From the NCBI GenBank assembly GCA_002269645.1, contig NIVC01000169.1, positions 434,001-498,000 on the forward strand: a stretch of 64,000 nucleotides of DNA. Direction: 5' to 3'. The stretch is from Macrostomum lignano. Its lineage: Eukaryota. Shown here one piece after another: positions 25,358-36,856 of the stretch (position 1 is its first letter; every line of letters begins with the position of its first letter). The translations under genes and the position numbers were made by a program. Below the pieces are notes generated by a model. The model ran no database searches and was not told where the DNA came from. It saw nothing but the letters and a program-made list of their open reading frames with translations.

Positions 25358-26487
25358 TTAGTCAAGGAGCGAAACATAAACGCGTTTAAAGCTACTCATT
25401 TAAAAAAGTAGTATCTAACGAAAAAAATATATAAAACTACTGTAAGTAGAAAAATGTGCCTGTAATATTGGGAATATGAGTACGTAGGGTTTAGAAAAAC
25501 GACCAAAAGCTTAGAAATTTTACACCGTAAGGTTTAGAAATGTAACCTTATGGTTGAAAAATGTGACCTGATCATAAGGTTAGAAATGTGACCTTAAGAT
25601 TAGGAATGTGACCATATGGTAAAGAAATGTGACCGAAATATGAACACACTGCTATAAGCATTTACCAATTTCATAGTGTACCCAGTGAATTGAATACTTA
25701 CAAACTCTATTGGACTATTTGAGCAATAGGGAAAAACAGCGACAGTGGCTCATAAACTCACATTATAGTGCCTACAATGAATCAGTAGCACTCTGATAAA
25801 ATTGATAAGTTTATTTATTTAAAAATATAAAATATTTTAATTGAACGATCAATAATTATATTATTACAACACAGCATAAAACTACTAAGTAGGTAATTAT
25901 TTTAGAAAGCTGGCAGCCAGAATAAAGCTATACCTTCTTTTCGGTGGCACACGAAATGGACAAAGAAATCAGTACGCGACTTTCATATTATTAATAACAT
26001 ACTTAACAATTATCTGGAATAGCTATGAAATCGAATAATCAAGACACAATGAAAGCAATTTTAATTATAAAGTTGTTTATGCAAGCTGGGGGTGAGGCTG
26101 GCGTTGCAAAAAGTCATTAAACTATGAGCATAAGCATCTGATCTGATTCTAACAAAATAAATCAAGTGTGACTTACGTTCTTCTACCTAAGCACATAGCA
26201 TGGCCGTGTTCAATTATTGTAGCCCCCACGGAATTTCCGCGACTTTCCCGCGGCAGAGTCTCGCGATCAGTGTAAACACAAGTGGCCTATGTACTTTCAC
26301 TTGGGGCCTACGGAATTTCCGCGGCTTTTCCAACGGCAGAAATGTGCTATCCTCTACTACTAATATAGGATTGTTAATCGAATTTTAGCTTTAGATTTTT
26401 CATCGACTAAAATCGGGATCTAATTAATGAAAGATATAATTTGAAGACAAAAAGTTATCTACTCGTATTTAGTTGAAGCAACACTAA

Positions 26488-29400
26488 TTACTTGTCGCTA
26501 GGCAGATTAACAATGTCCACTTCGATGCCTGAATCGGCAGGCTGAAAGCCGAACAGCTTAGCAAAGAAATAAAATTGGCCATCCAATGACTTGTTGATGT
26601 TCTCAGCCTTGCGGAATCCGTGCTGCTCTCCGGGGAACAGCAGGTAGGCGCAGGGCAGGCCTTTCTCGCGCACCTTGGCGAACATCAGCTCGGCCTGGTT
26701 GGGCGGCACTATGCGGTCCTCGTCGCCCTGAGGAAGGTGGGCGGGGATTCGATGGGATTATAGGATAGGGAATAAAACTAGAAAAGTGTGGGATTTTGGA
26801 ATAATGAAGAGATTCATCAGTAAGAACCAAACGGGGAATCCCAGGGGTTTATCACCAAGAACCAAACGGGGAATCCCAGGGGTTTATCACCAAGAACCAA
26901 ACGGGGAATCCCAGAGGTTTATCACCAAGAACCAAACGGGGAATCCCAGGGGTTTATCACCAAGAACCAAACGGGGAATCCCAGAGGTTTATCACCAAGA
27001 ACCAAACGGGGAATCCCAGAGGTTTATCACCAAGAATGAAGCGGGGAATCCCAGGGGTTTATCACCAAGAACCAAACGGGGAATCCCAGGGGTTTATCAC
27101 CAAGAACCAAACGGGGAATCCCAGAGGTTTATCACCAAGAACCAAACGGGGAATCCCAGGGGTTTATCACCAAGAACCAAACGGGGAATCCCAGGGGTTT
27201 ATCACCAAGAACCAAACGGGGAATCCCAGAGGTTTATCACCAAGAACCAAACGGGGAATCCCAGAGGTTTATCACCAAGAATGAAGCGGGGAATCCCATA
27301 TATTTATCACCAAGAACCAAACGGGGAATCCCAGAGGTTTATCACCAAGAGCCAAAAGGGGAATCCCAGAGGTTTATCACCAAGAATCAAACGGGGAATC
27401 CGCGAGATTATTAGCTCGTAAAACAAGATCCAAACGGGGATTCCCCAAAACAAAACTATTCTCACCTGAAACAATATCAGCGGGCAGGAAATCTTGTCTA
27501 CGTGGTGAATAGGCGATCGCTCAACGCAGGCTCGACTGACCTCCTCAGGAGTACGGCCAATCAGATTGTCCAAATAGCGCGACTCGAACTTGTGCGTGTC
27601 GGCCCGAAGCAGCTGCAGATCGGCGACGCCGTAGTGGCTGGCGCCGGCGCTAAAAGTATCGCGAAACGCCAGACAGGCCAGGGTTGTGTAGCCGCCGGCA
27701 CTGCCGCCGTCAATGCAGGCTCGGCGGGGATCGGCCAGGCCCTTAGGATAATTATTAGCGATGGGATCACTGAGGTTATAGAACGATTCTCAATCAAAAC
27801 CATGGATAAGAGTTAGGAATTTGGATTTGGATTTACTAGATTTAATTTAGGAAGGGTGTTTCTAGATTTAGGATGGGATTCCCAGATTTAGGATGAGGAT
27901 TCCCAGATTTTGAATAGGGAGCCCCAGATCTAAGATAGGGAGCCCCAGATCTAAGATAGGGAGCCCCAGATCTAAGATAGGGAGCCCCAGATCTAAGATA
28001 GGGAGCCCCAGATCTAAGATAGGGAGCCCCAGATCTAAGATAGGGAGCCCCAGATCTAAGATAGGGAGCCCCAGATCTAAGATAGGGAGCCCCAGATCTA
28101 AGATAGGGAGCCCCAGATCTAAGATAGGGAGCCCCAGATCTAAGATAGGGAGCCCCAGATCTAAGATAGGGAGCCCCAGATCTAAGATAGGGAGCCCCAG
28201 ATCTACGATAGGGAGCCACAGATCTAAGATAGATTCCCGTAGATCTAGGATGGATTCCCAGATCCTGAATGGGATTCCCAAACTTGGGATGGGAATTTTC
28301 AGATCTAGGAGGGGTTACAAGATTTAGGATGGGATTCCCAGATCTAGGATGGGATTTCCAGATTTAGGATGAGATTTCCAGATCTAGAATGGAATTCCCA
28401 GATCTGAAATGGGAATTTTCATATCTAGGACGGGAATTCCCAGATTTAGGATGGGGATTCCTAGATCTAGGATGGGGATTCGTAGATCTATGATGGGAAT
28501 TCCTAAATTAGGGATAAATTAGTCAATCTACACACCTTATTGGCCAGGTAGCGCACAACAGCGCAACAGTCGTCAACATCGGCAATGCCCCAGTTGTAGC
28601 GCAGCAGATTTCTATAAACGGTGCCGTAGCCCGTGCTGCCGCGATAATCAACGTCGGCCAGAGCGTAGCCGCGGCTAGTCCAGTACTGGATCTTCAGGCT
28701 AAGCGACGGCGAGGCGGCGGCTGTCGGCCCGCCGTGTGCGCGTACCAACAGCGGCGGCCGGGAGCCGGACGGGGCAACGAAATCGCGATTGCGCGGCGGA
28801 TAATAATAGGCGTGAGCGGTGGCCCCGTTGGCCGTCGGGAATTCGATCGGTTGAGCAACGGAAATATAGCCTGCGGGTCGCAGGGGATTGCGTTGGAGCG
28901 GCTGATGCTTGTGCAAGATTGGGACTAATGTTTCTACCAGATCAGGATTGAAGGTTGTACAAGACCCGTATTTATATAAAGGACGGGAAACCTAGTTTCT
29001 TGAAAACTTGTAAGTAGGCTGGTTTTTTTTAGAAAAAAAGACACTACAGAGATAGCTTTGGATGGGTAGCAGACATAAAGTTCATCTTTTGATATGCTGA
29101 TATCCTTTCTTATAGCTCTCTATTGATATTCATAAGGCTTTTCGTTTCGAAAATTAGGATTATATGCTTATTTTTTGATTCTACGTACAATTGTACATGT
29201 CCTCTGTGCCTAAAAAGCATTAAAATGGCACGGCTCGGCTCATTGATTTATGAATCTATTTTACCATTCTTAGCTGACTGTTCAGCAATATGTGTAAATG
29301 GGAATGTACGTGCAATAAAAAACTAACATAGAGTCCTAATTTTCTGAACGAAAAGCTTTTATAAATATCAATAGAGCTATAGGACGGCAAAACATGTCAA

Positions 29401-32400
29401 AGGATGAACCCTGGGTCTGCTACCTATCGAAAGCAATAACAATTTTTGTGCTGAAAAAATGAAAACTTTCTATCTCCGTAGTGTATTTTTCGAAAAAAAC
29501 CTGCCTTCTAAAATATTAAAGTCATTCTACTACTAGTATGTCTATGTACTACTACGAGTAGTATGTCTATTATGTTGCTGGACTTTACAGAGTACTGCTT
29601 GTAGTTTTTGATTTTTTTTTAAATTAGCATAACAAGCTCCAAGACCAACTATCAGGCATGAACTTCGAATTGCGTCAGTCACCCGCTACTCAACCGCCAA
29701 CCCGCCCACCTGTCTGTTGCCTTACCCACGTCAAATTTAAGCGAATTTGACAGTCGCAACACTTCAATAGAGCCGCTCTCAAGCCGATAGCGGATCACGG
29801 CGGGCGGCGACACGGCCGAACTGGCCACGGCGTAGAAGTAACCGCCCGACCATTTGGGATATTTGATGCTGTTGTAGCCAGAGACCTGCGTTTGTTGTAG
29901 AGATAGAATGCGAGAGCTGTAGAGATAGAATGCGAGAGCTGTAGAGATAGAATGCGAGAGCTGTAGAGATAGAATGCGAGAGCTGTAGAGATAGAATGCG
30001 AGAGCTGTAGAGATAGAATGCGAGAGCTGTAGAGATAGAATGCGAGAGCTGTAGAGATAGAATGCGACAGTTGTAGAGATAGAATGCGACAGTTGAAGAG
30101 ATAGAATGCGACAGTTGAAGAGATAGAATGCGAGAGTTGAAGAGATAGAATGCGACAGTTGTAGAGATAGAATGCGACAGTTGTAGAGATAGAATGCGAG
30201 AGCTGTAGAGATAGAATGCGAGAGCTGTAGAGATAGAATGCGACAGTTGTAGAGATAGAATGCGACAGTTGTAGAGATAGAATGCGACAGTTGAAGAGAT
30301 AGAATGCGACAGTTGAAGAGATAGAATGCGAGAGTTGTAGAGATAGAATGCGACAGTTGTAGAGATAGAATGCGACAGTTGAAGAGATAGAATGCGAGAG
30401 TTGAAGAGATAGAATGCGAGAGTTGAAGAGATAGAATGCGACAGTTGAAGAGATAGAATGCGAGAGCTGTAGAGATAGAATGCGAGAGTTGAAGAGATAG
30501 AATGCGACAGTTGAAGAGATAGAATGCGACAGCTGTAGAGATAGAATGCGACAGTTGAAGAGATAGAATGCGAGAGTTGAAGAGATAGAATGCGACAGTT
30601 GAAGAGATAGAATGCGAGAGTTGAAGAGATAGAATGCGACAGTTGAAGAGATACCTGGTAGAATGCGACAGTTGAAGAGATAGAATGCGACAGTTGAAGA
30701 GATAGAATGCGAGAGTTGAAGAGATAGAATGCGACAGTTGAAGAGATACCTGGTAGAATGCGACAGTTGAAGAGATAGAATGCGAGAGTTGAAGAGATAG
30801 AATGCGACAGTTGAAGAGATAGAATGCGACAGTTGAAGAGATAGAATGCGAGAGTTGAAGAGATAGAATGCGACAGTTGAAGAGATAGAATGCGACAGTT
30901 GTAGAGATAGAATGCGAGAGCTGTAGAGATAGAATGCGACAGTTGTAGAGATAGAAGCTCACCTTAAACTGGGCCAGCGGCTCAGCCGACCCGCTCTCGG
31001 CATCCAAACGGAGCACCGAGTCGCCAGAAACCAGCAGGACTCTGGTGCCGCCGCCAGCAGGCCGCTCCAAACAGTGGGGATGCTGGCCAAACATCCAGGC
31101 CGGGCTAGCCAGATCCTGCTTAGCCGGATACAGACTAGCATGCTCGCTACTAGTCCCGGCGGCGGTGTCCACCGAGTACAGATTCCAATAGCCGGATTGA
31201 TCGCCAATGTACAACAGTCGGTTGGCCGAAGCCCAGGCCGGATACTGCAGATTGAGCTCAGGCCCGCCGCCGGTCACCTGAACAGTATTGATAGCATTGG
31301 CTACTGGGAGGCCGGTTGCCGGGTCTAGCGCGGCCCAGCAGAGCTGAGTAGCGTCCCACGGCATGTTGGGATGATCCCATTGGATCCAGGCGAGCTTGGA
31401 ACAGTCGGCCGATACGCGCGGAGAAGAGTAGAAATCCCGGCCTGAGGCTACCACCTGTGGAGGCTGGGCACCAGAGGGGCTGACCAGCACTAGGCAGTTT
31501 TCAGCTTCTTTGCGCAAACCGCTGCGAACCACTTCGTGGTCTTCGCGTACGTAGTATATTCGACCGCCGGCCGAGCTGCCAGGTGGGTGCAATTTACTTT
31601 TTATTCGTTTATTTATTATGAATAATAATTCATATTCCTGGGTTAACTTAGATAGGTAAGGCTCCCTCAGATAGAAAAGGTTCTCTCAGGTAGGGAAGGT
31701 TCCCTCAGGTAGGGAAGGTTCCCTCAGATAGGGAAGGTTCCCTCAGATAAGGGAAGGCTCCCTCAGATAAGGAAGGTTCCCTCAGATAAGGAAGGCTCCT
31801 TCAGATAAGGAAGGTTCCCTCAGATAAGGAAAGCTCCTTCAGATAAGGAAGGTTTTCTCAGATAAGGAAGGCTCCCTAAGATAAAAAAAGTTCCCTCAGG
31901 TAGGGAAGGTTCCCTCAGGTAGAGAAGGTTCCCTCAGGTAGGGAAGGTTCCCTCAGGTAGGGAAGGTTCCCTCAGGTAGGGAAGGTTCCCTCAGGTAGGG
32001 AAGGTTCCCTCAGGTAGGGAAGGTTCCCTCAGGTAGGGAAGGTTCCCTCAGGTAGGGAAGGTTCCCTCAGGTAGGGAAGGTTCCCTCAGGTAGGGAAGGT
32101 TCCCTTAGGTAGGGAAGGTTCCCTCAGGTAGGGAAGGTTCCCTCAGGTAGAGAAGGTTCCCTCAGGTAGGGAAGGTTCCCTCAGGTAGGGAAGGTTCCCT
32201 CAGGTAGGGAAGGTTCCCTCAGGTAGAGAAGGTTCTCTCAGGTAGGGAAGGTTACCTCAGATAGGGAAGGTTACCTCAGGTAAGGGTAACTTAGCGCTCC
32301 CTGACTCACGCTGCCGCATAGCAACCATCGGCATAGAAGTACTCTCCCTCGGGCGTCACCGGTTCAGCCGGTCCGTCCGGCTTATCCTGCCTATAGACTC

Positions 32401-32728
32401 GCTGGTCGGCCATGTTGCTAAAGTACACTGCGCCATTGTACACTAGCAGAGCTCCGCCGCCGTATTCGTGCACCCGAGTCCGGGCGCTCAAACCGGCTGG
32501 CGTCCAGGACACGGGATCCGTGGAGCCGGTCGGACACGAGCACACAACGTAGCGGCCGGCCTCGGCTGGCCGACCTTCAATCCAGTAGACTGTGCCATCG
32601 TTGAGCTCGATATTCGAGTCGACAGTTAAGTCGAATAGATAGACACCGGCAGAAGACACCGAGCTGGCGGTGACTGGCGATTTCCAGGTTCCATATTCAG
32701 CTTCCTGTACGGCCATGTCAATGCGCAT
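26488..32728 (-). CDS. S9 (prolyl oligopeptidase family) serine peptidase, 6 exons, ~680 aa
   Basis: Exons 32728 (or 32716)..32310, 31575..30963, 29885..29726, 28870..28536, 27741..27466 and 26727..26488, all phase-consistent. Catalytic triad GGSAGG / QGDEDRIV / GEQHGFR; HGGPT and DYRGSTGYG motifs; YGTWKSP N-terminus. Confidence 0.93.
26820..27440. repeat. 35-bp minisatellite in S9 intron 5
   Basis: GGGGAATCCCAGGGGTTTATCACCAAGAACCAAAC units. Confidence 0.95.
27860..28500. repeat. 21-bp minisatellite in S9 intron 4
   Basis: CCCCAGATCTAAGATAGGGAG core with degenerate flanking units on both sides. Confidence 0.95.
29895..30956. repeat. 22-bp minisatellite filling S9 intron 2
   Basis: GAGATAGAATGCGAGAGCTGTA and variants, running from just after the donor to just before the acceptor. 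Confidence 0.97.
31660..32285. repeat. 19-bp minisatellite in S9 intron 1
   Basis: CTCAGGTAGGGAAGGTTCC units. Confidence 0.95.
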
Positions 32729-32743
32729 GCAATAAATTGCGTC
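32726..32743 (-). other. Spliced-leader-like relic (GACGCAATTTATTGCATG) containing the first ATG of the S9 peptidase
   Basis: Sequence read directly. 17/18 identity to the M. lignano SL 3' end as I recall it (GACTCAATTTATTGCATG). Preceded by acceptor-like tttctctaaatag. Confidence 0.65.
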
Positions 32744-32914
32744 AGCTATTTAGAGAAATAAGGATGCTTATCACTGTTGAGGGCTTTTGCTGAGCGCTAA
32801 TATTTAAAAAATTATGGGCATTTGGCTGCTGCGTGCGAATAGAAATGATTAACCAATGAGAGCTCTGTTAGCAATTTTTCACACAATATTGAAACTGCGG
32901 GGCAGCGGCTCTAC

Positions 32915-33550
32915 CAAGGAACAGGGGTCTCTCAGCAGTCTGCACAGGGTCTATCAATCAAAGAACAGGGGTCTCTCAGCAGTCTGCACAGGGTCTATCA
33001 ATCAAAGAACAGGGGTCTCTCAGCAGTCTGCACAGGGTCTATCAATCAAAGAACAGGGGTCTCTGCAGTCTGCACAGGGTCTATCAATCAAAGAACAGGG
33101 GTCTCTCAGCAGTCTGCACAGGGTCTATCAATCAAAGAACAGGGGTCTCTCAGCAGTCTGCACAGGGTCTATCAATCCAAAAACAGGGGTCTCTGCAGTC
33201 AGCACAGGGTCTATCTATCAAAGAACAGGGGTCTCTCAGCAGTCTGCACAGGGTCTATCAATCAAAGAACAGAGGTCTCTGCAGTCAGCACAGGGTCTAT
33301 CTATCAAAGAACAGGGGTCTCTGCAGTCTGCACAGGGTCTATCAATCCAAAAACAGGGGTATCTGCAGTCTGCACAGGGTCTATCAATCCAAAAACAGGG
33401 GTCTCTGCAGTCTGCACAGGGTCTATCAATCCAAGAACAGGGGTATCTGCAGTCTGCTCAGGGTCTATCAATCCAAGAACAGGGGTCTCTGCAGTCTGCA
33501 CAGTGTCTATCAATCTAAGAACAGGGGGTCTCTGCAGTCTGCACAGGGTC
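32915..33550. repeat. 42/44-bp minisatellite between MRPS14 and S9
   Basis: AATCAAAGAACAGGGGTCTCT(CA)GCAGTCTGCACAGGGTCTATC units. Confidence 0.95.
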
Positions 33551-34254
33551 GATAGACTAATCCTTTCAGGGCGAAAACCAAGATGATTACTCGACGGACC
33601 TCACCTGGTCTCCCGGACATCAAAGCACTGATTCCGCGACTGCAGCTGCTACTTAAAAGAAATTTTCTGATTTAAAAGAGAGCTAATCTTTTTAAAGCCT
33701 GTTTGAAGAAGTTTGAAGAGAAAATCAGAAATTCAGTTTAAGCAGATGCCGCCCCGAAAGGGCAAGATTTCGAGTCAATTATATTTCATAATTATCAAAG
33801 ATGACGCATGCCCAACTTGCACCTGAGCAAATAAGATTTTGTGCTATAGAATTTTGAATAATTTTTTCTCTAAATCCTGGCTTAGCTCGAGGCCTACGCT
33901 CGTAGCTGCAGAAATATTTATAAATCGAAGAAAATCAATAACACAATCGCTAACCGTTGTCACTGGGAAGAAATTAACAATTATGACGCTCGTATTTATA
34001 ATTTTATAACATTTTTATTCAAACCATGTTAAACTATTTAGATCTAGATCTAGATCTAGCTACAAAAACTGACATATTGTGAAAAAATCAAACAACTAAT
34101 GGTTACACTTGGACTATATAGAAGTAGAGCTTAAACAATTATACTAACCAGATTAACACATTATTCTTTTTCAAGTCGGACCGTTTTACACCAAGAGTTA
34201 AAATTGTAATAGTTCAGACAAGATCTTAACATCAGACATAGGACACAACAGACC

Positions 34255-34385
34255 ATACTATCTAGATCTAGACCAGATCTAGAGGTACACCAGACCAGAC
34301 AGGATCTAGATCTAGACCAGATCTAGAGCTACACCAGACCAGACAGGATCAGTCTAGACCAGATCTAGCTACACCAGACCAGACA
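34255..34385. repeat. Short TCTAGATCTAGACCAG-rich tandem repeat
   Basis: About 3 units of ~45 bp; also (TAGATC)n near 34040. Confidence 0.75.
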
Positions 34386-34461
34386 GCCAGATAAAACCTA
34401 TATAATAATAAAGCCGCTAGTTCAGAGAAAAACGAGTTACAAAATAGCTGAATTGTCCCGA

Positions 34462-35097
34462 TCAGGGTTTAACATATCTGGGATAAAGAGGATCCTTATC
34501 CCGCAGATACCGATAGTACCTATCCATGTACTGCTCCACAGTCAGGCCCTCCGGCGGCGGCCAATGCAGATGCTTCCGAGCGCTGAAGCACTGCGTGGAC
34601 CATTTAGCTGGCAGCACGCCGCCCAGCTGATTGTTGTCGGCAAACTTTCTAAACATAATCCGACTGATTCGCCATTCGTTTTGCACGCCCCTACGCCTGC
34701 CAGTCATGATGCAGCGCCGGTTAATCCTAGTAAAGCAAGAATCTCTAGGCAGCTGGTGCAGCTGGGCCGCCGCCTGATCCGTGATGTCGGCCGGCAATAT
34801 CCTGGTGCGCTTCAGAGCGACCAATCGGGCCCGAAGCGCATCGAAATGCTCCGTAACCCGGCGCCGTTTTTCATCTCGAATAGTTGCCCAACTGGGGAAG
34901 CCGTTTCGAATTCTACGCTGCCTATAGGGCGGATAGCCGCACAGTTCGTTAGCCAGCAGTTGCTCAACTTCCGGGCTGCTGTGATGCGGCGGCGTTACCG
35001 GCGCCATCTCCGGCTTCGAGGGCAGCATAGCGGCCGGCGGCGGCGCCGGGACGCGATAGGTGCCAGTTGAAAATAAACGCCGAATTAGTGGGAACAT
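34462..35097 (-). CDS. MRPS14: Mitochondrial ribosomal protein uS14m, intronless
   Basis: RDEKRR...LPRDSC.TRI.RRC.MTGR.RG...WR.SRI.FR.FAD..QL.GV matches uS14m. ATG at 35097 begins a presequence-like MFPLIRRLFS. Confidence 0.9.
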   Translation of the reverse strand: MFPLIRRLFSTGTYRVPAPPPAAMLPSKPEMAPVTPPHHSSPEVEQLLANELCGYPPYRQRRIRNGFPSWATIRDEKRRRVTEHFDALRARLVALKRTRILPADITDQAAAQLHQLPRDSCFTRINRRCIMTGRRRGVQNEWRISRIMFRKFADNNQLGGVLPAKWSTQCFSARKHLHWPPPEGLTVEQYMDRYYRYLRDKDPLYPRYVKP

Positions 35098-35207
35098 AAT
35101 GCCGAGTCTCTGCAATATGGTTATTAGAATTTGTGCCAAATATAGTTGCAAGAATTTGGACTTTGCTGTCGAAGTTTTTAGTTCACAATTTTTGAATTAA
35201 TTATGAA

Positions 35208-36305
35208 TCCCACACTTTGGCTTACTGATGAATCCCACACGTTAAGTTACTGAAGAATCCCACACTTTGGCTTACTGATGAATCCCACACGTTAAGTTAC
35301 TGAAGAATCCCACACCTTGGGTTACTGATGAATCCCACACGTTAAGTTACTGAAGAATCCCACACTTTGGCTTACTGATGAATCCCACACGTTAAATTAC
35401 TGAAGAATCCCACACCTTGGGTTACTGATGAATCCCACACGTTAAGTTACTGAAGAATCCCACACCTTGGGTTACTGATGAATCTCACACGTTAAGTTAC
35501 TGATGAATCCCACACCTTGGGTTACTGATGAATCCCACACGTTAAGTTACTGATGAATCCCACACCATAGCTTACTGAAGAATCCCACACCTTGGCTTAC
35601 TGATGAATCCCACACGTTAAGTTACTGATGAATCCCACACCATAGCTTACTGAAGAATCCCACACCTTGGCTTACTGATGAATCCCACACGTTAAGTTAC
35701 TGAAGAATCCCACACCTTGGCTTACTGAAGAATCCCACACCTTGGCTTACTGATGAATCCCACACGTTAAGTTACTGACGAATCCCACACGTTAAGTTAC
35801 TGATGAATCCCACACCATAGCTTACTGAAGAATCCCACACCTTGGCTTACTGATGAATCCCACACGTTAAGTTACTGATGAATCCCACACCATAGCTTAC
35901 TGAAGAATCCCACACCTTGGCTTACTGATGAATCCCACACGTTAAGTTACTGATGAATCCCACACGTTAAGTTACTGATGAATCCCATACGTTAAGTTAC
36001 TGAAGAATCCCATACGTTAAGTTACTGAAGAATCCCACACCATAGCTTACTGAAGAATCCCACACCTTGGCTTACTGAAGAATCCCACACCTTGGCTTAC
36101 TGAAGAATCCCACACCTTGGCTTACTGAAGAATCCCACACCTTGGCTTACTGAAGAATCCCACACCATGGCTCACTAAAATCCCCACACCATGGCTCACT
36201 AAAATCCCCACACCATGGCTCACTAAAATCCCCACACCATGGCTCACTAAAATCCCCACACCATGGCTCACTAAAATCCCCACACCAGGGCTCACTAAAA
36301 TCCCA
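35208..36305. repeat. 25-bp minisatellite with alternating variants between ATXN3 and MRPS14
   Basis: TTACTGATGAATCCCACACGTTAAG / TTACTGAAGAATCCCACACCTTGGC units, changing to CTCACTAAAATCCCCACACCATGG at the right end. Confidence 0.96.
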
Positions 36306-36856
36306 CATCTTGCTCCAAAAAAGCAAAAATAGTTAGAACGCAGTTTAAGCATTTATCTAATGCAATAGTTAAATTAAAAAACCGGTTATTATAGGCTCAT
36401 ACTTGAATAATCAGGTACTTACATTATTTAGAAATGAGCAATAATATTATAATGATGCATATGTATTAAGCAACGAAATTGGTAGGAGGCTGAGTTTATA
36501 AAACATGACTGCAGTAAGGAATAATAAAATAGCAATATTTTTCTGACGAAGAAATCGCCATCAATCTAAGTGAGGGGAGACAATGGTTTAAAAAGCGAAA
36601 CAGCTAATAGAGCTTAGAATCCTGAATGATATCCGTAGAAATGATTCAATTCTCACTCTGAAAAGTGCTAATTCCTAGTATATAAGCATGTAGGCAATAA
36701 TTAAAAAGGCACAGACAAGGTCACAACAAATTAGTAAGATCTGAATGAATATAAACACACGGCGCACGCACACATTTTAATCAGTATAAAAGTAAAGGAC
36801 AAACAATGGCACCGTTACAGCAACCTGTGGGTGTAAATTTGTATATATTCCTATAG

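Noticed and set aside
31570-32316. GGCAGC direct repeat at both ends of S9 intron 1 as an intron-gain TSD
   Set aside because: The offset would leave one extra base after splicing; the other introns show only ordinary AG|G junction similarity.
26488-32728. Horizontal transfer of the S9 peptidase from bacteria
   Set aside because: Similar S9 peptidases occur in other invertebrates as far as I know; this cannot be claimed without a phylogeny.
35208-36150. CTGATGA/CTGAAGA in every unit, resembling the hammerhead ribozyme core
   Set aside because: No stem II and no downstream GAAA; units cannot form the three-way junction.
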